Source: Methanobacteriota archaeon (GTDB lineage: Archaea > Thermoplasmatota > E2 > DHVEG-1). From it: a DNA stretch of 64,000 nucleotides. The stretch spans positions 352,001-416,000 of the forward strand of contig CAVYNH010000007.1 of NCBI GenBank assembly GCA_963769885.1, in the 5' to 3' direction. The first letter of the stretch is position 1; the number at the start of each line of letters is the position of its first letter. Position numbers and translations under genes: made by a program. A model generated the notes under the pieces. That model was not told the origin of the DNA. It saw only the letters and a program-made list of their open reading frames with translations, and did not search any database. Shown here piece by piece: positions 40,118-51,245 of the stretch.

Positions 40118-41026
40118 ATGGGAAAACTCGTGGAATGCGTCCCCAACTTCAGCGAAGGACGAAACAAAGACACCATAGAGACAATCCGGTCCCTGATTCT
40201 GCACCACCCCGAAGTCAGCCTCCTCGATTTCTCCCCCAACACCGACCATAACCGCACCGACGTCACCATCATCGGCGCCCCAGAAGACGTCAAAAACGTC
40301 GCCTTAGAAATCGCAGAACACTGCGTCAACCTTATCGACATGAACACCCACAAAGGCGAACACCCACGGATGGGCGCCATCGACGTCGTCCCCTTCATCC
40401 CCCTCACCGACGTCACCATGGACGACTGCATCCGACTCGCCAACGACTTCGCCAAAGAATTCAGCCAAAAAACCCAGGTCCCCTGCTTCCTCTACGAAGA
40501 AGCCGCCAAAACACCCTCCCGCAAAAACCTCGCCGACGTCCGCCGCGGCGAATACGAAGCCATCAAAACCGAACTCGGCAAAAACCCGGACCGCATCCCA
40601 GACTACGGCCCCAACAAAGCCCACCCCACCGCCGGCGCCACCGCCGTCGGCGCCCGCTTCTTCCTCATCGCCTTCAACGTCAACCTCGACACCACAGACC
40701 TCACCGTCGCCAAGAACATCGCCAAAGCCGTCCGCGCCAGTAGCGGCGGCTACCAAGCAGTCAAAGCCATGGGATTCGACATCAAAGAACGCGGCATCGT
40801 TCAAGTCTCCATGAACCTCACCAACTACCAAAAAACACCCATCTTCCGCGTCTTCGAAACCATCAAAAACGAGGCAGACCGCTACGGCGTCCCCATCATC
40901 GGCAGCGAGGTCGTCGGCCTCATCCCCCTCGAAGCCCTCGTCATGAACAACGACCACTACCTAAAGCTCGAAAACTTCAAGATTGACCAGATCATCGAAA
41001 AAAAACTCCTCGACCTCAAAAAGTGA
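40118..41026 (+). CDS. ftcD: Glutamate formiminotransferase
   Basis: ECVPNFSEGR, DHNRT, HKGEHPRMGAIDVVPF, QVSMNL, SEVVGL. Confidence 0.95.
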   Translation: MGKLVECVPNFSEGRNKDTIETIRSLILHHPEVSLLDFSPNTDHNRTDVTIIGAPEDVKNVALEIAEHCVNLIDMNTHKGEHPRMGAIDVVPFIPLTDVTMDDCIRLANDFAKEFSQKTQVPCFLYEEAAKTPSRKNLADVRRGEYEAIKTELGKNPDRIPDYGPNKAHPTAGATAVGARFFLIAFNVNLDTTDLTVAKNIAKAVRASSGGYQAVKAMGFDIKERGIVQVSMNLTNYQKTPIFRVFETIKNEADRYGVPIIGSEVVGLIPLEALVMNNDHYLKLENFKIDQIIEKKLLDLKK

Positions 41027-41664
41027 ACAAAACCATGACCAAGCTCATCGATATGACCCTCACAGGCTTTCTGGACGAACTCGCATCGGAATCGCCCGCA
41101 CCAGGCGGCGGCAGCGTCGCAGCCCTCAGCGGCGCCCTCGGCGCCGCCCTCACCGCCATGGTCTGCCACCTCACCGAACACAAACCAGGCTACGAACCCG
41201 TCCAGGCAGAGCTACCCCGGCTTGTCGAACATGCCGAGCGCCTCCGCACAGAGTTCACCAAGCTCATCGACGAAGACACCATCGCCTATACCACGGTCGT
41301 CGACGCCCTCAAACTCCCCAAGACCACGGACGAGGAGAAGGCCCGACGCCGAGACACCCTGCAAAAAGCCTTCATCGCCGCCGCTAACGTTCCTCTGCAG
41401 ACCGCCCGCCTCTGCGGCGACCTCCTCCAGCTCGCCGCCGACGTCGCCCACAAGGGCAACAAGAACTCGATCACCGATGCGGCGGTCGCCGCGCTCATGG
41501 CCCAAGCGGCATCCGAGGCCGCCATCCTCAACGTCCGCATCAACCTCACCTCAATCAAAGACACTGACTACGTCACTCAGACCTCCATGGAGATCATCGA
41601 CCTGCAACAGAAGGCCGAAACACAGGCAAAGGCTATCTACGAGTACGTCACTTCCACCTTGTGA
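41023..41664 (+). CDS. Formiminotetrahydrofolate cyclodeaminase
   Basis: 'FLDELAS.SPAPGGGSVAA', 'GNKNSITD', 'LNVRINL'. Confidence 0.92.
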   Translation: MNKTMTKLIDMTLTGFLDELASESPAPGGGSVAALSGALGAALTAMVCHLTEHKPGYEPVQAELPRLVEHAERLRTEFTKLIDEDTIAYTTVVDALKLPKTTDEEKARRRDTLQKAFIAAANVPLQTARLCGDLLQLAADVAHKGNKNSITDAAVAALMAQAASEAAILNVRINLTSIKDTDYVTQTSMEIIDLQQKAETQAKAIYEYVTSTL

Positions 41665-42416
41665 AGTCTACCCGAACACAGCCGCTAACCGTCTCAGAAC
41701 TCTACCAGACCCTCCTGAATTTTTTCGGTCATCAAGAGTGGTGGCCGATGGACCGGATGTACCATCGTGAAAACGGAACCGACCCCCGAGAAGAGGTGAT
41801 CATCGGCGCTATCCTCACCCAGAACACGGCATGGACGAACGTCGAGAAAGCCCTGGCGAACCTGAAGATTGCCCATACCCTGTCATTCTCCGCGATCCTT
41901 ACCTTAGATGAAGATCAGCTCCGCCGCCTCATTCAGCCCACCGGATTCTTCAACCAAAAGGCAGTTCGCCTCCGCCTGCTTGCCCAAGCCATGAACGGGG
42001 GCCTCGATGCGTTCTTTCATCAGGACTTCGCCCAGGCACGTGATCAGTTGCTCTCTTTGAACGGCGTCGGACCGGAGACCGCGGACTCCATCCTCCTCTA
42101 TGCAGGAGACTTGCCCAGCTTCGTTGTTGACGCATACACAAGACGCCTCTGCACCCGACTGCCACTGCCCATCCAAAATATTTCTTATGATACAGTCAAG
42201 AAGTACTTCGAGACAGAACTCAGAAAAGCCTTCCCAATGCAAGAAGTGATGGTCTACAAAGAGCTGCATGCACTCATCGTCGAATGCGCAAAGACCTACT
42301 GCCGGTCTACCCCCATCTGCACAGGCTGCCCCCTATTCGGACGCTGCCAGCAGGCCCTCAAGTTTAGCGCGCAGCGCCTCCGCCGGGATATCCGGCAGGG
42401 AAATCAACTGCGTTGA
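41661..42416 (+). CDS. Endonuclease III-related HhH-GPD protein (COG2231-like) with Fe-S motif
   Basis: WWP, GAILTQNTAWTNV, GVGPETADSILLYA, VVDAYT, C-x6-C-x2-C-x5-C. Confidence 0.9.
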   Translation: MKSTRTQPLTVSELYQTLLNFFGHQEWWPMDRMYHRENGTDPREEVIIGAILTQNTAWTNVEKALANLKIAHTLSFSAILTLDEDQLRRLIQPTGFFNQKAVRLRLLAQAMNGGLDAFFHQDFAQARDQLLSLNGVGPETADSILLYAGDLPSFVVDAYTRRLCTRLPLPIQNISYDTVKKYFETELRKAFPMQEVMVYKELHALIVECAKTYCRSTPICTGCPLFGRCQQALKFSAQRLRRDIRQGNQLR

Positions 42417-43515
42417 ACCCACATGCCCCTTCCCCGAGAGCTTCAATACAATGAACCCAGCAAGCTCAATATCTTTTAAATAGGTCCAAAACGCGGTGTG
42501 CGCCCGGGGCTGCTCATGATACTCCTCGCACGTAATCGCATAGGTTTTCTCGACCTCACCGGTGACCGCGTAGGCGGTGCCGTCCTTTTGCAGCCGCTTG
42601 GCGACGGAGAGGAGAGCGAGGAGCTGGTGCTTATCGAGGTTCTTTAATTTCGTCTCCGTAACAACCGAGTAGGTCTCCGCCTTAGCAGACCGGACATGCT
42701 CGGGGACGACCTGCAGAGATCGGCGCTCATCCGCGGCGATGCCGGCTTTCCAGAGGATCTCGATGGCGAAGCGGGCGTCGCCCCATTCACTGGCGATGTC
42801 CGCGATCAAATCCAGGCTTTCCTCGAGGACGCAATGAGGATGGAAGGCGAGGTCGACACGCTGGCGGACGATATCATGGAGCTCGTCCCGCGTGTACTCT
42901 ATCACAGAGGAGGACGTTCCGTCGGAAGGTACTGAGCGTAGCCTCATCGAGCTTATCGAGGACATCATGCTGGGAGACGAGGATAAGGGAGACAGGGCTC
43001 GTAGGCTTCTGTGCTTCGTCGGAGAACCGGGTGAGGCTGTAGATGAGGTTGGGACCGCTTTTTTTCAGGAGGGCGTCAACCTCGTCGAGGATAAGGAGCA
43101 GCTGGGCGTCACGGCGCTGCAGGTTCGTCCGGAGGATTTGCAGCATCTCTTGGACGGAGAAGCCGCGGTCGGGGAACCGAGGATCGAAATGGGTCAGGAT
43201 CGCGATGAGGACGAGGGAATCAGTGGATCGCTGGCGGCAGTTGATGTGGACGTATTCGACGTGGCGGCCCTGCTGTCGGGCGACGCTGGAGAGAGAATGG
43301 GAAAAGAACTTGGCCATGGCAGTCTTCCCTGTGCCGACGGGGCCGCGGATGACCGCGTTCTGGGGGATGCCGCTAAGGAGGGGTTTGAAGAGCTGGGCGA
43401 GCCTGCGGAGCTGGTCCGTGCGGTGGGGGAGGTCTGCGGGGACGTAGTCGAAGTCCAGCGGTCGGTGGTCTTTGAAGACGGAGGTTGAGGAGAGTTCATC
43501 CTCGATGATACCCAT
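42333..43515 (-). CDS. cdc6: Orc1/Cdc6 replication initiation protein (frameshifted near 42898; probable sequence error)
   Basis: 'LDFDYVP..LPHR', GPVGTGKT, YVHINC, ILDEVD in ORF 42874-43515; YT.DEL, GDARFAI and winged helix in ORF 42333-42968; one extra base joins them. Confidence 0.92.
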
Positions 43516-43602
43516 GGTTTCCTGGTAAGTGGTCTGAGGATAATAACGTTATCTTCCCTGGGGGATAAAAGTTAAGAGTCGGGTTGTCATTGCGAAGTCG
43601 GT

Positions 43603-44805
43603 ATGACGGGGGGTGACGATTCGCCGCGGACAGTTGAGTTCGTCCGGGATGCGTTTGCGGAGTTCTATCGGGATCATCCGGTGGAACTGCCGGACCGGTT
43701 CACGCGCCGGGAGTTCGCGTTCCTCTTGTTTGGCGGTCATGGGATGCTGCGGCATCTGGCGTTTGACCGCCGGGAGCGGTTCCAGTCGTTTTTTGAGGAG
43801 CGGACGCCGCAGCATGCATATTATTCCTCGGCGTACTATCAAGTGCCTTCGGCGCCGAAGATGCAGGAGAAGAAGTGGATGGGGGCGGAGCTGATCTTCG
43901 ATTTGGACTCGGATCATCTCCCCGGCGCTGAGAAGATGTCGTTTGAGGAGTCGCTTGCGGTGGTGAAGACGGAGTTCGAGAAGCTGGTCGTGGAGTTCCT
44001 CTTGGGGGATTTTGGGTTCTCTGAGAAGTCGATCTCGTTGTATTTCTCGGGGGGGCGGGGGTATCATTGTCACGTGAAGGACACTTCGGTGTTGGATTTG
44101 GATAGCAGCGAGCGTCGGGAGCTGGTGGATTATATCACGGCGCGGGACCTGAAGGATTCTGTGATCTTCCATGAGCGAGCGACGGGGCGGCGTACGTATG
44201 GAGGGCAGGAGTATGCAAGCGGGACGAGCCTGTGGATGCCGTCGCCGGAGGAATCCGGGTGGAAGGGGCGGATCAGCCGGGGCATCATCGAGATCGTTGA
44301 TGAGATCACGGCAAGCGAGGATCCCGTTGAGCGGCTCAAGGCGTATGGGGTGAAAGAGAAGGATGCTTTGCGGTTGGTCCAGGACCTCTCTGAGGATCGG
44401 GTGCGTCGGATCCGTGGGGGGATGCTGGATCAGTCGAAGACCATCCGTCGGTTCTTCCTTAACAGTGCATTGCGGAAGACTGCGGTGTCGTTAAGTGCCG
44501 GGGAGACGGATGAGCCGGTGACGTGCGATGTGAAGCGGCTGATTCGCCTGCCGGGCTCCTTGCATGGGAAGACGGGGCTGCGGGTGGTGCCGATCACGGT
44601 CGACGGCCTGGAGCGGTTCGAACCGCTGCGTGATGCGGTGGCGCTGCCGGATACACCGGTCTCCATCGAGGTTGTTTCAGCAGCGTCCGTGACCATGAAG
44701 GGCGAGCAGTTCAGCCTGCTGCCGGGGGGGGTTGAGGTGCCGGAGTACCTGGCAGTGTTCTTGTGCGGTCGGCAGCTCGCGGTTCTCCCTGAGAAGGACC
44801 CATAG
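43603..44805 (+). CDS. priS: DNA primase catalytic (small) subunit
   Basis: REFAF, YYSSAYY, ELIFDLDSDHL, FSGGRGYH, DEPVT.DVKRLIRLPGSLHGKTG. Confidence 0.96.
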   Translation: MTGGDDSPRTVEFVRDAFAEFYRDHPVELPDRFTRREFAFLLFGGHGMLRHLAFDRRERFQSFFEERTPQHAYYSSAYYQVPSAPKMQEKKWMGAELIFDLDSDHLPGAEKMSFEESLAVVKTEFEKLVVEFLLGDFGFSEKSISLYFSGGRGYHCHVKDTSVLDLDSSERRELVDYITARDLKDSVIFHERATGRRTYGGQEYASGTSLWMPSPEESGWKGRISRGIIEIVDEITASEDPVERLKAYGVKEKDALRLVQDLSEDRVRRIRGGMLDQSKTIRRFFLNSALRKTAVSLSAGETDEPVTCDVKRLIRLPGSLHGKTGLRVVPITVDGLERFEPLRDAVALPDTPVSIEVVSAASVTMKGEQFSLLPGGVEVPEYLAVFLCGRQLAVLPEKDP

Positions 44806-44836
44806 CTTTATATGGTTCCAGGGATAGTAGGTAGGC

Positions 44837-45982
44837 ATGGGGGAACCCCTGGTGAAACCGTTGTTTCGACTCCTTACCCTTTTATCCCTGGCTTTCCTGT
44901 TGCTGAGCCCGTTCGCGGTCGCCCAGAAGACCGTTTCATCGACGGTGTCCAATAGCCTGGCATCTTCCGGTGCAGCTAGCGTGTATCGCACGTATGAGAA
45001 CATGACGGCGCTGCTGCAGAATCTGAGTGCGAGCCACCCAGACATCATGCAGGTGTTCAGCATCGGGACAACCTATGAGGGCCGTATGATCTGGGCTGTG
45101 AAGATCTCCGATCATGTAGAGACTAGTGAAGGCGAAGCCCAGGTGTTGTTCATGGGTGCGCACCATGGCAACGAGAGGCCCAGCATGGAACTGTGCCTGC
45201 GGTTCGTGCAGTACGTCGTTGAGACGTACCATATGCCTGATACGGATAATGATCATGACGGGATGCTAAACGAGGACCCGATTGACGGGGTCGACAACGA
45301 CCATGATGGTCGCCTCGATGAGGATCCCTCGGAGTCATTCCTGAGCGGGTTGGTCAATGCGACGGAGATTTACGTAATCCCCCTGGTGAACCCGGATGGG
45401 TATGCCGCGGACCAGCGGAAGAACATGGAGCCGAACCATGGTCCCTTCGGCCTCGACCCTGATGTGACATCGGTCGGCGTAGACATCAACCGCAACTACG
45501 GCTACAAATGGTACCGGTATTTCTTCTTCCCCCGACTGTACTTCGGGGCCACCAAGTGGAAAGACTCTTCCTCGGAGTACCGAGGGCCCAAGCCCTTCAG
45601 CACTGCGGAGGCACAGGCCGTCAAGTCGTTCGTGGACAGCCATGAGATTAGCATCGCCATCAGCTATCATACCTATGGGGAGGATATCCTTTACCCCTGG
45701 GGGTACTCTCGGCTGCCGCCCCGAGGCATCCTAACATTCCTGTCGATTGGGGAGAACATCTCGCAGATCGACGGCTACTACCTCGAGCAGTCGATCCAGC
45801 TGTATCCGACGCTGGGGGACGCCTGTGACTGGATGTACGGCACGCATGGGATCTTGGCGTTCACCATCGAGCTAGGGACCAGCTATGCCCCTGAGAACCC
45901 GACGGTCCTGGATGCGATGTGCTGGCGGCATGTCGGCGTGAACCTCTACGCCTGCGCATGCGCCCGATCCATGGCTCAATAG
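44837..45982 (+). CDS. Secreted M14 zinc carboxypeptidase (carboxypeptidase T-like) with Asp-rich Ca-binding insertion
   Basis: HHGNE, NPDG, RKN, GVDINRNY, SYHTYGE, FTIEL; signal peptide. Confidence 0.92.
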   Translation: MGEPLVKPLFRLLTLLSLAFLLLSPFAVAQKTVSSTVSNSLASSGAASVYRTYENMTALLQNLSASHPDIMQVFSIGTTYEGRMIWAVKISDHVETSEGEAQVLFMGAHHGNERPSMELCLRFVQYVVETYHMPDTDNDHDGMLNEDPIDGVDNDHDGRLDEDPSESFLSGLVNATEIYVIPLVNPDGYAADQRKNMEPNHGPFGLDPDVTSVGVDINRNYGYKWYRYFFFPRLYFGATKWKDSSSEYRGPKPFSTAEAQAVKSFVDSHEISIAISYHTYGEDILYPWGYSRLPPRGILTFLSIGENISQIDGYYLEQSIQLYPTLGDACDWMYGTHGILAFTIELGTSYAPENPTVLDAMCWRHVGVNLYACACARSMAQ

Positions 45983-45985
45983 TGA

Positions 45986-46020
45986 TAAAAAAAAGGAAAA
46001 AAGGAGCCGGTTCTTTTTTA
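45986..46020. terminator. Bidirectional oligo-T terminator
   Basis: A-tracts then a T-tract between convergent genes. Confidence 0.55.
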
Positions 46021-47929
46021 GACGAACCGGATGCCTTCGAGGTTCATCGGCGCCGCGGTGTTCAGGTTCATCCGTTTGTGAATCGTGGAGGAGAGATCCA
46101 GGCATTTGGACTCCTCGCCATGCCCGAAGATGATGCGCTCGGGGCGGGGGGACATGTTGTTGATGAACCCGATGAGCTGGCGGCGGTCGCTGTGCCCGGA
46201 GAAGCCGTCGCAGGTCTCTACGGCCATGTCCACGGTGAGGGACACGATGCTGCCGCTGATGTTCATAGGGATTTCCTTGGCGCCGCGTTGGATGCGTCGG
46301 CCGATGGTGCCTTCCGCCTGGTAGCCGACGAAAACCAAGGTATTTTTGGCGTCGCCGGCCCAGTTCTTGAAGTACTCCATGACTGGGCCGCCGTTCATCA
46401 TCCCGCTGGTGGCAAGGACGACGCATGGATCCTTGTCCGAGAGAATCTCCTCGCGCATGTCGACGCTGTCGACCCGCTTGAAGATGTCAGAGAGCAACGG
46501 GTTGTCGCCTTGCTGGAAGATTTGGCTGCGGAGCTTGTTGTTGAGGGTACTCGGGGTATGCGGTGTGGATCGCGGTCGCCTCCCAGATCATTCCGTCGAG
46601 GTAGACGGGGATGGCGGGAATCTCCTGGGACTTAACGAGGTTCTCTAGGACGATCATGACTTCTTGACTACGTCCGACCGCGAAGACGGGGATGAGGACT
46701 TTGCCTTTCTTTTTCAGCGAGGTCCGGATGATGTCCTTGAGTCGGTCGGTGGCTTCTTTCCGGGAGGGTTGGAAGTCGTCCCGGCCGCCGTAGGTGGACT
46801 CGATGATGAGCGCCTCAGCGCGGGGGAAGTGGTTCACGGCTGGGTTGAACAGCCAGGTCCGCTCGTACTTGATGTCACCAGTAAACGCGAGGTTGTAGAG
46901 CCCTTCGCCGATGTGAAAGTGGCAGACAGAGGAGCCCAGGATATGTCCGGCATTGTGGAACGTGAGGCGCATGTCCGGGGTGATGTCGGTGGTGTCGCCG
47001 TAGCCGAGCGGGATGCAGTGCTTGATGACGCTGCGGATGTCCTCGGAGGAGTAGGGGATCTTCTTGGCGTCTGCGGCCGCGACCTTGATGTAGTCCATTT
47101 GCAGGAGCGTCATGAGGTCCCGGGTGGGTGGCGTGCAGTAGGTGGGGCCGTCGTAGCCGTATTTGTAGACGAGGGGGAGCAGGCCGCTGTGATCGAGATG
47201 CGCGTGGGTGATGACGATGGCGTCGAGCTTCTCCAGGGGGAGGACCTCGGGGAGGTGGATATAGGGTGACCCGTTGGTCTCGGAGGAGACGTCGATGCCG
47301 CAGTCGATGAGGACTTTGCTGTCCTGGGTGTGGAGCATGGAGCAGGAGCGGCCGACTTCTCGGAAGCCGCCGAGGGCGATGATTCGGACGAATTTTTCTC
47401 CGGTCGAGGCGCCGCGGTGGATCTTGCGGCCGATCTTTCGCAGGATGTCCTTGCGTTCGTCGCTCATGGAGCGGAGGTAGCCGCGGACTTCCTGGACGAT
47501 CTTGGATTGGATGGGGGGTGCGCGGACGATGCTGGGGGCCCAGTTGATTTTTCGGCGGACTTCGTTGAGCAGCTGGCCTTCTTTGCCGATGGCTGCGCCG
47601 GGTTTGAGGGCCTCGATGGTGACTTCGCCGACGTCGGGCTGGAAGTAGATGTTGGTGATCTCCGCGTCTTTGGGGATGATCTGGCGGATCTTCTTCTCTG
47701 CGACGTCAATGTCCGTGAGCACTGAGGGATCAGGGCGGACCACGATGCGTTTCTGCAGGGTCTTTGCGAGGTTCTTGATGAGGTCTTTGTTGTGGGCGAA
47801 CTTATCCGGGGTCTTGGTGTAGATAACTAAGAGAGCTCCCTCGAATTCGATGGCTGAGACATCGATGCTAGGGGGTACGCTTCCTCGGATTTTGCCGCGT
47901 ATGTCGCTGAGTACGTCGTCGACTGTCAT
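46018..47929 (-). CDS. fttA: aCPSF1/FttA beta-CASP ribonuclease (frameshifted at 46545-46547; probable sequence error)
   Basis: N-terminal KH domains, GGFREVGRS, THAHLDH, AGHILGS, ESTYGG, FSGHSD; removing one C restores PEYLNNKLRSQIF. Confidence 0.95.
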
Positions 47930-48023
47930 GGTTCTAACCTTTTTTTGTCTTCTTGTGAAAAGTAACTCTGAATAATGGTTTCATTGCTGTTGTATGGTGT
48001 GGTGTCCCCGAGGGATGGCTGGT

Positions 48024-48653
48024 TTATTTGCCGAGTTTCTGGAGTCGTTTCTTGACTTCGTCGTCGGGGAGGGTCTTGAATTCTTTTTCGTTGATGATTG
48101 CCACGTCGATGCCGTTGCCGGAGGCGGAGTCTCGGCCCATGGCCGCGTTGACGGCCCGGATGGCGAGGTCGACGCCTTCGTTGGCGGTCATGTCGTCGCG
48201 GAAGGAATCCTCAAGGACTCCGAACACGTACGGGGACCCGGAGCCCCCGGAGGTGTACTTATCGGGGATCGCGCCACCCGCCGCATCTAACGAGAAGACG
48301 TGTCCTCCCTGGGAATCCCAGCCGGCTATGATGAGCTGGACGTAGTAAGGGTAGAATTTGCGTTGGTTAAGGATGTTTGACATCAGGGTGGCTGCGCTCT
48401 GAACTGGGATGTTGGTGTCGCGTTTCAGGCGGTAGAGGTTGGCCTCGGCGCTGAGGTACCGGGCGAGGATTTGCAGGTCGCCGACCAGCCCGGCGGTGGC
48501 CATGGCGAGGTGATCATCGATTTTGTAGAGTTTTTTAGTGGATTTATGCGCGATGAGGGTCCCCATGGTTGCTCTGCGCTCGGTTGCGATGACGACTCCG
48601 TCCTTGCACACGAGCCCAAGTATCGTTGTCCCTGTTTTGACATCTTCTGCCAT
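48024..48653 (-). CDS. psmB: Proteasome beta subunit
   Basis: KTG|TTILG, ERRATMG, AGLVGD, GSGSPY, RDSASG. Confidence 0.97.
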   Translation of the reverse strand: MAEDVKTGTTILGLVCKDGVVIATERRATMGTLIAHKSTKKLYKIDDHLAMATAGLVGDLQILARYLSAEANLYRLKRDTNIPVQSAATLMSNILNQRKFYPYYVQLIIAGWDSQGGHVFSLDAAGGAIPDKYTSGGSGSPYVFGVLEDSFRDDMTANEGVDLAIRAVNAAMGRDSASGNGIDVAIINEKEFKTLPDDEVKKRLQKLGK

Positions 48654-48767
48654 AAGTCAATGCTCCAATAATCCTTGGAAAAACACCGAGGGTATGAATC
48701 ATACAGCTTTTATTTATAGTTTGTGTCACACCCTCGTTTCTTTCCTGGTTTCTCAGAGATTTGTGGT

Positions 48768-49967
48768 TTAGATGATGGCGAGCTTCTTGCCGAGTGTCTC
48801 GAATTTGCCTAAGGCGAAGTCCAGGTCTTTTCTGGTCAGTCCGGCGTTCATCATGATGCGGATGCGGGCTCTGTCGCGGGCGACCATCGGGAAGACGATG
48901 GGTAGGGCGAAGATGCCTTCGTCGAAGAGGCCGTTGCTGAAGTCTTTCGCCTTCGCGGAGTCCCCGATCATGACCGGGATGATAGGCGTCTCGCTGTTGC
49001 CGGTGTTGAAGCCGAGGCTTGAGATTTCTTTCTTGAAGTAGCGGGTGTTCTCCCAGAGGTTGCGGACGTGCTGAGGTTCAGTCTCCAGGACTTGGATGGC
49101 GGCGAGCTGAGCGCCGGCGACGGCGGGTGGGTGAGAGCCGGAGAGCAGCCAGGTGCGGGATTTGTTATAGGCGAAGTTGACGAGGTCGCGGCTGCCGGCG
49201 ATGAGGCCGCCGACGACGCCGTACGCCTTGCTGAACGTGCCCATCTCGACATCAATCTTACCTTCAATGCCGTAATGGGCGCCGATGCCGCGGCCATCCG
49301 GTCCGATGACGCCTTCTCCATGCGCGTCATCAACGTACGTCATGGCGCCGTATTCGTTGGCGAGCTTGACGATCTTGTCCATGGGGGCGATGTCGCCGTC
49401 CATGCTGAAGACACCATCGGAGATGATGAGGATGCGGCGGTATTTTTTGTCGGCTTCCTTGAGGACTTTTTCCAGGTCGCTCATGTCCCGGTGTTTGAAG
49501 ATGGCACGGTCAGCCTTGGTAAGCCGTACGCCGTCGATGATGCTGCCGTGGTTGAGCTCGTCGCTGATCGCGACGTCGTCTTCGCCGACGAGCTGCGGGA
49601 TGAGGCCAGCGTTCGCGGCGAACCCGGTCTGGTAGATGAGGGCGGCCTCGGTGTGCTTGAAGCGGGCGACGGCCTCCTCGACGTCGAAGTGGAGCTTCAT
49701 GGTGCCCGCGATGGGGCGGACAGATCCGGAGCCGGCGCCGTATTGCTTGGCTGCCTGCATGGCTGCTTTGATGATTTTCGGATGGTTGCTGAGGTTGAGG
49801 TAGTTGTTGGAGCATAGCATGATGACTTTCTTGCCGTCGACGATTGAATGGGGTAGGGACCCGGAGTCGAGTCGGTGCAGGTTCCAGTTAATACTTTTTG
49901 AGACAAGGTCTTGATACTCTTCCCTGAGGAATGCATTGGGGTTTCGTTTGGTGGTAACTTGTGCCAT
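48768..49967 (-). CDS. Class II PLP acyltransferase (2-amino-3-ketobutyrate CoA ligase / 8-amino-7-oxononanoate synthase family)
   Basis: SNNYLNL, SDELNHGSIIDG, DGVFSMDGD, DDAHG, GTFSKA. Confidence 0.88.
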   Translation of the reverse strand: MAQVTTKRNPNAFLREEYQDLVSKSINWNLHRLDSGSLPHSIVDGKKVIMLCSNNYLNLSNHPKIIKAAMQAAKQYGAGSGSVRPIAGTMKLHFDVEEAVARFKHTEAALIYQTGFAANAGLIPQLVGEDDVAISDELNHGSIIDGVRLTKADRAIFKHRDMSDLEKVLKEADKKYRRILIISDGVFSMDGDIAPMDKIVKLANEYGAMTYVDDAHGEGVIGPDGRGIGAHYGIEGKIDVEMGTFSKAYGVVGGLIAGSRDLVNFAYNKSRTWLLSGSHPPAVAGAQLAAIQVLETEPQHVRNLWENTRYFKKEISSLGFNTGNSETPIIPVMIGDSAKAKDFSNGLFDEGIFALPIVFPMVARDRARIRIMMNAGLTRKDLDFALGKFETLGKKLAII

Positions 49968-50084
49968 AAGTGGTACCCTCCCGTGGGTTCCGTTTGGGCA
50001 TGAATCAAATTCGATTATTAAAAGGTTTAGTTAAAGGAGAAGGTGAAGAATCCTCTTATTTTTATTTATTAATAGTCTCCGCCG

Positions 50085-51245
50085 TTAAGACGTGGTCGTC
50101 TGGAGCTTCACGACCCGGCTCAGGCGATAGCCGATGACGACCAGGAAATATTCCTTCTTGACGAACAGGGCGTCGAGCATTGGGTCGCCGGTGTCGACCC
50201 GCAAGAGCGGGGTCTCCGCCAGCTTGGCGGGGGTCGAGACGATGACTATGTTCTCGATGCCGATCTTTCGAATGACTTCGGGACTGAGCTGCAGGTTGCC
50301 TCGGCCAAGGATGAACCCTTGGGCGCCGATCGGGCTGAGGACGAGTTTCACCGAAGGATACTGTTGAAGAAGGGAGAGGAGGCCAGCCTCGTTCAGGTCC
50401 GAGGCGACCACGTTCCCGTGGTACACCGCGTCGATGCCGAGCAGGGTATGTCTGAGGCCGAGCCGTGTGGCGATATAGTCAATCGTGCCGCCCGGTCCGA
50501 GAAGGAACAGCGACCGGGGATTCTTCGTCATCTCATCCTTGATATGGTCAGCCAACTCATCTTTTACGGCGTCATCGGAGACGGACTCATAGGTGGCCTT
50601 ACCCACCTGGACAAAGGTCGGTTCGACTACGCCTTTGGCGACGCCGTAGAGACGGACCCGCCATTCCCCATGCCGATAGGCCGCCTCGTCCACATCGAGG
50701 ATATCCGCGTCGCCGATGGTGAGGCTCCCTTGAAGATAGGCCGCCAGGCATTTCGCGGTCGCCTCGACGGAGACCCCGAACAGGCCTGAGTGCATCTTGA
50801 CGCCGGACGGGATGCCCAGGATTGGAATCGTGGTTCCAAGAACGTTGAAAACATCGCGCGCCGTCCCATCCCCACCACAGAAGAGAACAAGATCCAGCTT
50901 TTCTGCGAGGAATTGATTACAGGCGCGAGTCGTATCCTCAGCTGTTGTTTCCTTCCTCGGGGTGTACACGACGGTGACAGCCGATTCGTGAAGCCCGATG
51001 AGGGTCGCCTCACCCATGGGTCCGGCACAGGTGTACCAATGAATCCTGACATCGGGGATGAGCACGCGGAGATGACGGATGGCGTCAACTGCCTTGTGTT
51101 CGGCAATCGGCGTGGCCCCGCGGGCCTTCGCCTCGGTGATCACATGGTCCGTCCCCTTCAACCCGACGCGACCCCCCATGCCCGCGATAGGATTGACGAG
51201 GAAACCGATACGACACGTCTTCGCAGCAGACTGAGTCTTCTTCAT
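50085..51245 (-). CDS. ATP-NAD kinase family protein (COG3199-like)
   Basis: NPIAGMGG.VGLKGTD, GGDGTARD, GVKMHSG, GFILGRGNLQLS, VDTGD; start probably ATG 51245. Confidence 0.88.
   Translation of the reverse strand: MKKTQSAAKTCRIGFLVNPIAGMGGRVGLKGTDHVITEAKARGATPIAEHKAVDAIRHLRVLIPDVRIHWYTCAGPMGEATLIGLHESAVTVVYTPRKETTAEDTTRACNQFLAEKLDLVLFCGGDGTARDVFNVLGTTIPILGIPSGVKMHSGLFGVSVEATAKCLAAYLQGSLTIGDADILDVDEAAYRHGEWRVRLYGVAKGVVEPTFVQVGKATYESVSDDAVKDELADHIKDEMTKNPRSLFLLGPGGTIDYIATRLGLRHTLLGIDAVYHGNVVASDLNEAGLLSLLQQYPSVKLVLSPIGAQGFILGRGNLQLSPEVIRKIGIENIVIVSTPAKLAETPLLRVDTGDPMLDALFVKKEYFLVVIGYRLSRVVKLQTTTS

Noticed and set aside
43516-43602. Replication origin next to cdc6
   Set aside because: The spacer is only 87 nt, with weak ORB-like GTTTCCTGGTAA, no repeated ORBs and no AT-rich unwinding element.
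45980-45988. Stop-codon recoding (Sec/Pyl)
   Set aside because: No gene shows a conserved domain continuing through TGA or TAG, and the triple stop argues for plain termination.
42333-47929. True pseudogenisation of cdc6 and aCPSF1
   Set aside because: Each has a single one-base lesion with all motifs intact in a core gene, so sequence error is more parsimonious.
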